A stretch of DNA of 64,000 bases, from assembly GCA_013286655.1 (NCBI GenBank), contig JABDFG010000003.1:8906-72905 (forward strand). Reading direction: 5' to 3'. This document shows positions 28,571 through 35,786 of this stretch, one piece after another. The notes beneath the pieces are model-generated. The model was not told the DNA's origin, did no database searches, and saw only the letters and a program-made list of their open reading frames with translations. This DNA comes from Bacteroidota bacterium (GTDB lineage Bacteria; Bacteroidota; Bacteroidia; JABDFU01). The position numbers and the translations under genes were made by a program. Numbering within the stretch: position 1 is the stretch's first letter; every line of letters starts with the position of its first letter.

Positions 28571-28602
28571 TTTTATTTATTAGTCACGACTAATAAATAA
28601 AA
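28571..28602. promoter_or_regulatory. perfect inverted repeat (15-bp arms, 2-nt spacer), candidate MntR operator in the divergent mntH/mntR promoter region
   Basis: ttttatttattagtc-ac-gactaataaataaaa. Lies 38 nt from the mntH ATG and 9 nt upstream of the TATATTTG box of the regulator gene. Confidence 0.45.
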
Positions 28603-28611
28603 GATAAATTG

Positions 28612-28619
28612 TATATTTG
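28612..28619 (+). promoter_or_regulatory. Bacteroidota-type -7 promoter box
   Basis: TATATTTG matches TAnnTTTG, 60 nt upstream of ATG 28679. Confidence 0.35.
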
Positions 28620-28678
28620 TTTTTGGGTCGTTCTAAGTTTATATTATAAATTTGAGCAGCCTCTTCCAGGCAAATTAT

Positions 28679-30688
28679 ATGGCACACACTCTTTCCGAAG
28701 AAAATTATCTTAAGGTAATCTATAACCTGGGAAAACAGGGGAACGAGAAGATCAGTCCTACTGCTATAGCTCAGGCTCTTACGAATAACCCCGCCTCTGT
28801 GATCGATATGCTTAAAAAGCTGGGAGATAAAAAACTGTTACATTATGAAAAGAGCAGGGGAGTGAAACTTACGGATAAGGGGAAAAAGACCGCTCTTTCG
28901 ATCATTCGCAATCATCGGTTATGGGAGGTGTTTTTGTTTGAAAACCTGGCGTATACCTGGGACGAGGTTCATGCTATTGCAGAACAGCTGGAACATGTTC
29001 ATCATGCCGAGTTGGCCGATAGGCTGGATAAATTTCTGGGCTTTCCTCCCTACGATCCCCATGGCGACCCAATTCCTAAATCGAATGGGGAAATGCCCAG
29101 CTTATCTAGTTTCACACTACTGGATGTGGATTCGGGCAAAATCTGCAAAGTGGTTGGTGTCAGGGATACCTCCGTTTCTTTTTTAAAATACCTGCAAAAA
29201 TTAAACATCGGAATAGGAACATCCATCAGAATGGTTGACAAAATAGAATTTGATGGATCGATGAACATACATATCGAAAAGGGTACTCCGGTTTCTGTCT
29301 CGAAAAAATTTGCGGAAAGTTTACTCGTGAAGTTTTGTTTGCTATTGTCACTCGGTTGTTTATTCTTTGGCGGCCCTGCTGTAAATGCCCAAATCATTAC
29401 AACGATTGCCGGAGATAGTGTTCAGGGGTATAACGGAGATAACATTCTGGCCAATCAGGCAGAACTGGCCAGTCCTCAAAGCCTGGCTACTGATACTTCG
29501 GGCGATATATACATTGCGGATTTTGATAATAACAGAATTCGGAAAATAACAAAAAGTACAGGTTTATTAACTACTGTTGCCGGAACAGGAGTGGGCGGCT
29601 ATTCGGGGGATGGGGGCCCGGCGGTCGCGGCTGAATTAAATTCCCCCGTTGCGTTGGCAATAGACCTGTCAGGAAATTTATATATTTCCGATTTGAGTAA
29701 TAATCGAATTCGCAAGGTGGATGCTGGTTCGGGCATTATAACTACCGTTGCCGGGAATGGCTTGTTTGGGTATAGTGGAGATCGGGGTTTGGCTACTGAT
29801 GCTACATTTAGAAGTCCTTATGGCATTTCGCTGGATTCATACGGAAATCTGTTTATAGCGGATAATGAGAACAATGTGATCCGTAAGGTGACGGCTGGTA
29901 CCGGAAAAATAACAACGGTAGCCGGAGATAGTATCGCAGGCTATAACGGGGATGACTCCGCAGCCATTGTTTCTCAATTAAATTATCCAACGGGTGTTGT
30001 TTCAGACGCTTTTGGAAATATATACATAGCAGACTGGGGGAATAACCGTATTCGCAGAGTTGATGCGATAACGGGTATTATAAGCACTGTAGCAGGAAAT
30101 GGTTCTGCGGGTTATAGCGGAGACAGCTCTGCTGCCCTTTCAGCTCAATTAAACATGCCCTACGCAGTTGCCTTGGACAAAAACAATAATTTATACATTA
30201 TAGATAATATCAATAATGTTATTCGTAAAGTCATAAACGCCTCAGGAATAATAATCACCATAGCGGGAAATGGCACATCGGGTTATAGCGGAGATGATCT
30301 CCCGGCAACCTTGGCTCAATTAAATCTTCCTTCTGGTATAGCGTTTGACCCCGCCGGGAATTTATACATTGCAGATGCGGGTAATAACCGTGTCCGGGAA
30401 GTTAACAATATCGTATCAAGCCTGAAAGAATTATCGGCCGGTACCAGGGACGTTGGCATTTTTCCAAATCCCTGTGGGGATTATTTTATTGTTTCGCTCG
30501 CGCCCGGCTTATCGGGCGAGCATCCGATTTTGGAGGTATTTGATATCAACGGCAAGTCCATACAAAGACAACTGTTACAACAGGACAAAATGATTATTGA
30601 TACGAGCCATCTTGGGAATGGTTTCTATTCACTTCTCATCACGACCGGTGAAGCGGTATCCGTCAAAAGATTAGTCATTGTCAGGTAA
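28679..30688 (+). CDS. single open frame joining a DtxR/MntR-family metalloregulator (to nt 29326) to a signal-peptide-bearing six-bladed NHL-repeat T9SS cargo protein (from GTG 29327)
   Basis: N-terminal part: EENYLKVIYNL..., IIRNHRLWEVFL, DPHGDPIP, and a FeoA/SH3-like end ...VSVSKKFAESLLV. Then VKFCLLLSLGCLFFGGPAVNAQ (signal-peptide-like). Then 6 x ITTVAG.G..GYSGD...A.L..P.G.A.D..GNLYIAD..NNRIRKV. C-terminal end: IFPNPCGDYFIV...GFYSLLI...RLVIVR. No stop codon separates the two parts. Confidence 0.7.
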   Translation: MAHTLSEENYLKVIYNLGKQGNEKISPTAIAQALTNNPASVIDMLKKLGDKKLLHYEKSRGVKLTDKGKKTALSIIRNHRLWEVFLFENLAYTWDEVHAIAEQLEHVHHAELADRLDKFLGFPPYDPHGDPIPKSNGEMPSLSSFTLLDVDSGKICKVVGVRDTSVSFLKYLQKLNIGIGTSIRMVDKIEFDGSMNIHIEKGTPVSVSKKFAESLLVKFCLLLSLGCLFFGGPAVNAQIITTIAGDSVQGYNGDNILANQAELASPQSLATDTSGDIYIADFDNNRIRKITKSTGLLTTVAGTGVGGYSGDGGPAVAAELNSPVALAIDLSGNLYISDLSNNRIRKVDAGSGIITTVAGNGLFGYSGDRGLATDATFRSPYGISLDSYGNLFIADNENNVIRKVTAGTGKITTVAGDSIAGYNGDDSAAIVSQLNYPTGVVSDAFGNIYIADWGNNRIRRVDAITGIISTVAGNGSAGYSGDSSAALSAQLNMPYAVALDKNNNLYIIDNINNVIRKVINASGIIITIAGNGTSGYSGDDLPATLAQLNLPSGIAFDPAGNLYIADAGNNRVREVNNIVSSLKELSAGTRDVGIFPNPCGDYFIVSLAPGLSGEHPILEVFDINGKSIQRQLLQQDKMIIDTSHLGNGFYSLLITTGEAVSVKRLVIVR

Positions 30689-30716
30689 ATCGTAATTTAT
30701 TGCTGTGAATAGAAAA

Positions 30717-31160
30717 CTACTTTGATCCGGTATCGGCGTTATTGGCAATCGCTGTGTACCCTTTTTTTGATTTATACAGGTGGAGGTAGCAATATTTTTC
30801 TTTGTAACGTAATCTGAATTCCTCCCTGTTGACTTTCAATCGAAGAATAGATTTGTTCTCATTCTTTTTTTCAATAATAATATTTAATGCCCTTTTGGAT
30901 TTAGCTTCTGTGGAAATGACAGAGCTATATATTGTTTTGTCGTTTAAAAGCAATGTTAATGTGTCCTTCAGGAAGCCGGTTTCACAGATCAAAATTAGAT
31001 TTCCGCTGTTTTCTTCCCCGCATGGAAAACTTCCTTTTACTTTTTGAAATTCGGGTGTTATCACTAATCCTTTTTCAGGCGTGCAACTAAAAAGAAAAAT
31101 TGCTGAAAATAAAATGAAGGAGCTGATATAAGACAATTTTGACACGTTCAAAGCTAACAA
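30717..31160 (-). CDS. hypothetical lipoprotein
   Basis: Signal peptide ending in the lipobox-like FLFSC. No recognisable domain. Confidence 0.5.
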   Translation of the reverse strand: MLALNVSKLSYISSFILFSAIFLFSCTPEKGLVITPEFQKVKGSFPCGEENSGNLILICETGFLKDTLTLLLNDKTIYSSVISTEAKSKRALNIIIEKKNENKSILRLKVNREEFRLRYKEKYCYLHLYKSKKGYTAIANNADTGSK

Positions 31161-31169
31161 AAATAGCCG

Positions 31170-31709
31170 CTACTGCATTAACCGGTTTGTTATTTCGGAT
31201 ATTTCCTTCAATAGCAGCTCATCTTTGAATTGAAATTTTCCATCGACGGGCTGTAATTGTTCGTGAAATTTGTTGACCACGATCTTGCCGGCGATCGATG
31301 CTCCCAGGCGCTTTAAGATCGTTTCGGCATGTGTAATCGAGCCGCCCCCGCCCCCGAATGGCGAAGCGCTGAGCAGGAAGACCGCTTTGTTCGTTAAGAT
31401 TTTGTATTTTTTTTCTACCCTTGAAAGCCAATCCATACTGTTCTTAAAAAAAGCAGGAATGGAGCCGTTATGTTCGGGAACGGCTATTACTAAAGCGTCT
31501 GTTTGATCGATGAGTTGTTTTAGTTTTACCGCATTTTCAGGTATACCTTCCGTTTGTTCTGTTTCAGAAGAATAGAATGGCATCGAAAAATTACGAAGGT
31601 CAATAACTGTGACATTGGCATTCTCCAATAAACCTGAAATGGCTACGATCAGACTTTGGTTGACGGATTTGGAACTGTTGCTTCCGGAGAATAATAATAT
31701 GTTTTTCAT
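31170..31709 (-). CDS. NAD(P)H-dependent FMN reductase family oxidoreductase
   Basis: MKNILLFSGSNSSKSVNQSL...LVIAVPEHNGSIPAFFKNSMDWLSR. Confidence 0.8.
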   Translation of the reverse strand: MKNILLFSGSNSSKSVNQSLIVAISGLLENANVTVIDLRNFSMPFYSSETEQTEGIPENAVKLKQLIDQTDALVIAVPEHNGSIPAFFKNSMDWLSRVEKKYKILTNKAVFLLSASPFGGGGGSITHAETILKRLGASIAGKIVVNKFHEQLQPVDGKFQFKDELLLKEISEITNRLMQ

Positions 31710-31912
31710 GTGTTGTTTTGTATTTTTTTTATCTCTTTCATCATATGGCTGAATGCCTTTCCAATAACAATGGAGTATTTTTTATCTATAAATGTCTCCG
31801 GGCTCCTGGTTCTTTTATTTAAGATGGTTAAATAAAAGTTCGTATCCTCGTCGATGTCCAACGATACGGTATATAGCTGGAGGATGTTTTTAAGTTTTGT
31901 TGTATTTTTCAT
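31706..31912 (-). CDS. hypothetical small protein
   Basis: 68-aa ORF translationally coupled (4-nt overlaps) to both neighbouring genes. Confidence 0.4.
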   Translation of the reverse strand: MKNTTKLKNILQLYTVSLDIDEDTNFYLTILNKRTRSPETFIDKKYSIVIGKAFSHMMKEIKKIQNNT

Positions 31913-32367
31913 TCAATTTTAATGGAGTCTTCTGTTAATTCATCCATTTGCTTATGAATTCTTCCGGTTGAATTAAAATGCTCGTAAACATTCGTACAGT
32001 GAATGTTGGAAATTTCATTTTTGCCGCCCATTATCGGCAGTTTCAAAAAAGAAAAGACCTCGTCTTCCTTCAGCTGTTTCCCATCTTGTTCGAGTTCTTC
32101 AATTAACTCGGGTAAAAATATTTCATAATATTGTTCTGCAGACAGTCTGTTTTTTAAAAAGTCATTGGAATAATTGGAGAGGTGTTCCATGCTGCCAGTG
32201 CAGGTAGAAAGAAAATAAAGTTTATGTGACGGGTCTTTCAATACTAAATCTCCCATTTTAGTTATAACCATAATTTCCTTGTCTTCTCCTATTAACCATT
32301 TCCAGGGACTAAGTATCTCCTCATGGGAAAGGTGAGAGCTGTGAATGATGAACTTTAATATATTCAA
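31909..32367 (-). CDS. DUF1851 / Tdi1-like (T6SS immunity-type) domain protein
   Basis: WKWLIGEDKEIMVITKMGDLVLKD...LYFLSTCTGSMEHLSNYSNDFL...FSFLKLPIMGGKNEISNI fits my memory of the DUF1851 pattern (GD.fl...v..ld...g....y.f.P.l.lGG). Confidence 0.5.
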   Translation of the reverse strand: MNILKFIIHSSHLSHEEILSPWKWLIGEDKEIMVITKMGDLVLKDPSHKLYFLSTCTGSMEHLSNYSNDFLKNRLSAEQYYEIFLPELIEELEQDGKQLKEDEVFSFLKLPIMGGKNEISNIHCTNVYEHFNSTGRIHKQMDELTEDSIKIE

Positions 32368-32520
32368 GCTTGATTGGTTTAGTTGAATGAGATTTCCGGC
32401 CCATCTTTAGAGTTGGCTAATTTAAGCAATAGCTCAGCACTCAAGTGAGAATGATATAACTATTTATCAAAAGCATGTAATGCTAAAAAGATAAGGAGTT
32501 CTCATATTTGTCCGGTACTA

Positions 32521-33045
32521 ATGACGAAACCGATGGGCGAATTGCAAACAAAATTGAAATCCCGAACTACGACTCATCTGAAAGAAGGAGATGCTGCACC
32601 TGATTTTTCAGGCACTGACGAAAACGGAAAGCGTGTGGCTCTGAAAGATTTTAAGGGGAAAAGACTCGTGCTTTATTTTTATCCTAAGGATGATACTACC
32701 GGTTGCACTGAGGAGGCCTGCAACCTCCGGGATAATTACGAAATGTTCAAAAAGATGGGCTTTGAAATAGTTGGTGTGAGTGCCGATGATGAAAAATCAC
32801 ATGAAAAGTTCATTCAAAAGAATGATCTTCCTTTCCGGTTAATCGCGGATACCGACAAAGCAATAATCAACGCGTACGGGGTTTGGGGTGAAAAATCCAT
32901 ATCGGGTAAAATAACGGAGGGACTTTTGAGAACGACATTCGTTATTGATAAAACGGGTAAAATCGAAAAAATAATTTCAAAAGTTGATACGGCTAATCAT
33001 GCTGAGCAGATATTATCATCAACAGGAGAGGCTACAACGGGCTAA
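32521..33045 (+). CDS. bcp: thioredoxin-dependent thiol peroxidase (peroxiredoxin Bcp)
   Basis: GDAAPDFSGTDENGKRVALKDFKGKRLVLYFYPKDDTTGCTEEACNLRD. Confidence 0.9.
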   Translation: MTKPMGELQTKLKSRTTTHLKEGDAAPDFSGTDENGKRVALKDFKGKRLVLYFYPKDDTTGCTEEACNLRDNYEMFKKMGFEIVGVSADDEKSHEKFIQKNDLPFRLIADTDKAIINAYGVWGEKSISGKITEGLLRTTFVIDKTGKIEKIISKVDTANHAEQILSSTGEATTG

Positions 33046-33062
33046 AAATTTAACTATAAAGC

Positions 33063-33170
33063 ATGAAAAGGTCATTGATTATTATTGCAATTTTGATGGG
33101 ATTGTTTTTCTCTTCGTGTATCATTGAAAATGGTCATCGCCACTGGAGGTGGCATCACCATCGCGAATAG
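33063..33170 (+). CDS. candidate 35-aa His/Trp/Arg-rich mini-lipoprotein (not in the ORF track)
   Basis: MKRSLIIIAILMGLFFSSC-IIENGHRHWRWHHHRE: signal peptide plus a Cys lipobox-like site. Its 3' end overlaps the convergent GNAT gene by 50 nt. Confidence 0.35.
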   Translation: MKRSLIIIAILMGLFFSSCIIENGHRHWRWHHHRE

Positions 33171-33627
33171 GTTTAATTTCGTAATTAAAATGGACTACCT
33201 TTTCTGCTATTCCTCCTGTATGGTGGTAAAAGTCTAATGCATGTTTGTCTTCTTCATTTGCCGGTACAAAAAATTCCCGTATCCCATTGTATTTGCAATA
33301 TTCTTTTAAGGTTAGGATCAATTTTGCCCCTATTTTTTTTCTTTGATATTCCGTTTTGATGGCGATATCATAAATCAGCAGTTCAGCATATTCTCCATAA
33401 TACATAGGCAACTCGTAGGCTGTCAGACCTCCGATTACTGTATTTTTACAAATAACCGCATAGACAATAAACCCGGGTTTATCAAGAAGACTTTGCAAAT
33501 AGGTTTCTTTGGGGGTGGCAGGATTTTCTGTTTCAAATACTTCCTGAAACACACAAACAAGTTCTTTAAAAAACAGAACGTCCTGTTTGCCCAACCGTTT
33601 TATTTGAAATTCATCTGTCACTTGCAA
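33121..33627 (-). CDS. GNAT N-acetyltransferase resembling aminoglycoside 3-N-acetyltransferase AAC(3)-I
   Basis: [24 protein letters not shown]...[39 protein letters not shown]...[10 protein letters not shown] parallels, from memory, AAC(3)-Ia ([23 protein letters not shown]...[35 protein letters not shown]...EEVMHFDI). Confidence 0.6.
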   Translation of the reverse strand: [168 protein letters not shown]

Positions 33628-33650
33628 ATTCCCGGCGCAAGGTGTTATAG

Positions 33651-34022
33651 TTAGCGGAGACTTTTTCCGTTATGTAGGACTTCTTCATTCAAACACTTAA
33701 AGGTGCAGTTCTTCTTATGAATGACTTTCACAATCACTTTGTCGCCTTTTTTCAAATTAAATTTTTTAAAATCAACTTCAACTGATTTTCCGGTAACGGC
33801 TTCTGACATTGCTTTTCCGTTCACAATTACCATTGTAATACAGGTAGTATAACCCTTTGAATAATCATTCTGAAAAAGGACATTCTGAAAAAGCAGGTTT
33901 TTTTCGCTATACGTGCCGGAATATACGGCTGTGTCAAGGGTTTGGGTCGATATTCCCCCGGCTTTTCCATATAATCCGGTCATCGCAAAACATACAAACA
34001 CACTATATTTCAGACGGTTCAT
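33651..34022 (-). CDS. hypothetical secreted protein
   Basis: Signal peptide. 4-nt overlap with the upstream VOC gene. Confidence 0.5.
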   Translation of the reverse strand: MNRLKYSVFVCFAMTGLYGKAGGISTQTLDTAVYSGTYSEKNLLFQNVLFQNDYSKGYTTCITMVIVNGKAMSEAVTGKSVEVDFKKFNLKKGDKVIVKVIHKKNCTFKCLNEEVLHNGKSLR

Positions 34023-34582
34023 TGGCTTTTCGAACTTTGGTCACTATTAACCATCCAGACGATGCCGAACTTGTCGCTGAGCATGCCAAAATAAGAACCC
34101 CAGAACATGTCTGCAATAGGCATTGTAATCTGGCCACCCGCTGAAAGGAGTTTGAAAATTCTATTCGCTTCATTTTTACTTCCTGTGTTTACGGATAAGG
34201 AGAGGTGTTGTCCTACGGTTACTTCTCCCATCATTGGATTTGAATCGCTTCCCATCAGGAACGTTTCCTTGCTGATTGGCAGAGAAACGTGCATGATCCT
34301 TTCTTTTAAGTCTTCGGACATTTCTTGTCCTTCCATTGGCGGTATATCTCTAAATCTGCTAAGCCGATTAAAATTTCCACCAAATACAGATTTGTAAAAA
34401 TTAAATGCTTCTTCGCAATTGCCGTTAAATGTCAGATAGGGATTTATGGTTGTCACCGGGGTAATTTGCCGAGTCACTTTTTTTGCAGAGGATGTCTTTT
34501 TTAAAAGCTTAGGTTTTGCTTTTGAAGCAGTTGCTTTTTTGCTGAGGTTTTTTTTGGTTTGTTTTTTCTTTGACTTTTTCAT
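34019..34582 (-). CDS. VOC/glyoxalase-fold (PhnB-like) protein with a ~40-aa polylysine-rich N-terminal extension
   Basis: Core: INPYLTFNGNCEEAFNFYKSVFGG...MHVSLPI...LMGSD...FWGSYFGMLSDKFGIVWMVN. N-terminal extension: MKKSKKKQTKKNLSKKATASKAKPKLLKKTSSAKKVTRQ. Confidence 0.75.
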   Translation of the reverse strand: MKKSKKKQTKKNLSKKATASKAKPKLLKKTSSAKKVTRQITPVTTINPYLTFNGNCEEAFNFYKSVFGGNFNRLSRFRDIPPMEGQEMSEDLKERIMHVSLPISKETFLMGSDSNPMMGEVTVGQHLSLSVNTGSKNEANRIFKLLSAGGQITMPIADMFWGSYFGMLSDKFGIVWMVNSDQSSKSQ

Positions 34583-34641
34583 GTGTTTGTATTTTGATAG
34601 AACTAAGGTAATAAAAAAGGACTTTTGACGGAGCCGGTTTA

Positions 34642-35361
34642 TTATTCGTTCATTGGTACTTCCATCAACAGCACTTCGGCATCTTGTGAGTTTGATTTAA
34701 ATGATATTTTATCCGTATTCCAGATTCCCAAGCCATCTCTTTCATTCAAAACATTTCCATCGATCGTTACATCGCCCTTTAGGATGAAGGCGTAAACGCC
34801 ATTTCCCTTTTTTTTAATGACGTAATCCGTAAAAAAGTCCTTGTCAAACTTGCCAAGATGAAACCATGCGTCCTGATGGATCCATACACCTGCATCATCC
34901 GCATCAGGTGAAAGGATTTGCTGGAATTTATTATGCCGGTCACTCGGCTTTAGCGTTATCTGATCGTAACGGGGTTTTACGTTTTTCTGGTTCGGGAAAA
35001 CCCAGATCTGTAAAAATTTTACCGGTTTATCCTTATTACGGTTGTATTCGCTATGAGAAATTCCACTACCAGCGCTCATTACCTGAACATCACCATTTTT
35101 AATAACGGTTAAATTGCCCATACTATCTTTGTGTTCCAGATCACCTTCAAGGGGGATGGAAATAATTTCCATATTCTCGTGATGATGAGTGCTAAATCCC
35201 ATACCTCCTGAAACCTGGTCATCATTCAGCACCCGTAATTTGCCGAAGTGCGTTCGTTCGGGATTGTGATAGTTAGCGAAACTGAAGGTATGTCTGCTAT
35301 GCAGCCAGCCATGGTTAGCGTTTCCCCGGCTGTCTGCTTTGTGAAGGATTATATTTGCCAT
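34642..35361 (-). CDS. pirin family protein (bicupin)
   Basis: RGNANHGWLHSRHTFSFANYHNPERTHFGKLRVLNDD...GFSTHHHENMEIISIPLEG. Confidence 0.9.
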   Translation of the reverse strand: MANIILHKADSRGNANHGWLHSRHTFSFANYHNPERTHFGKLRVLNDDQVSGGMGFSTHHHENMEIISIPLEGDLEHKDSMGNLTVIKNGDVQVMSAGSGISHSEYNRNKDKPVKFLQIWVFPNQKNVKPRYDQITLKPSDRHNKFQQILSPDADDAGVWIHQDAWFHLGKFDKDFFTDYVIKKKGNGVYAFILKGDVTIDGNVLNERDGLGIWNTDKISFKSNSQDAEVLLMEVPMNE

Positions 35362-35548
35362 TGTAGTTGTACGTTTTTTAGTGTTTTTAGTAATTCCACG
35401 ACCACACTAAAATTAAATCATGCAGGTTCAGAAACAAAATTAAAATATCTTTTTTTGCAAATATAGTCTTCAGGGCAAGGTGAGAATAATGTAATAATTC
35501 ACCAACATTATGTAACAGTAAAAGATAAGAGATACCCATTTTTGTACC

Positions 35549-35743
35549 ATGAAAAAATTATTATTAGCGGCAAGCGTAGCAATTGTCTTCTTATCCTCAT
35601 GTGAGGTAGAGTACAGAGGTGATACAAGGTATCATCATTACTGGGGATACGAACATTCGCATTTTCCTGATCATCACGAAGCATATAATCATGGATATCA
35701 TCATGATGAGCATGGTGGCGAGATTATCGGACCAAGGAGGTAG
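35549..35743 (+). CDS. His/Tyr-rich small lipoprotein
   Basis: MKKLLLAASVAIVFLSSC lipobox. The mature 46-aa peptide has 11 His (YHHYWGYEHSHFPDHHEAYNHGYHHDEHGG). Confidence 0.55.
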   Translation: MKKLLLAASVAIVFLSSCEVEYRGDTRYHHYWGYEHSHFPDHHEAYNHGYHHDEHGGEIIGPRR

Positions 35744-35786
35744 GAGGTCGATACATTGCGACCTCATTCAATGACTGAGCGATTGC

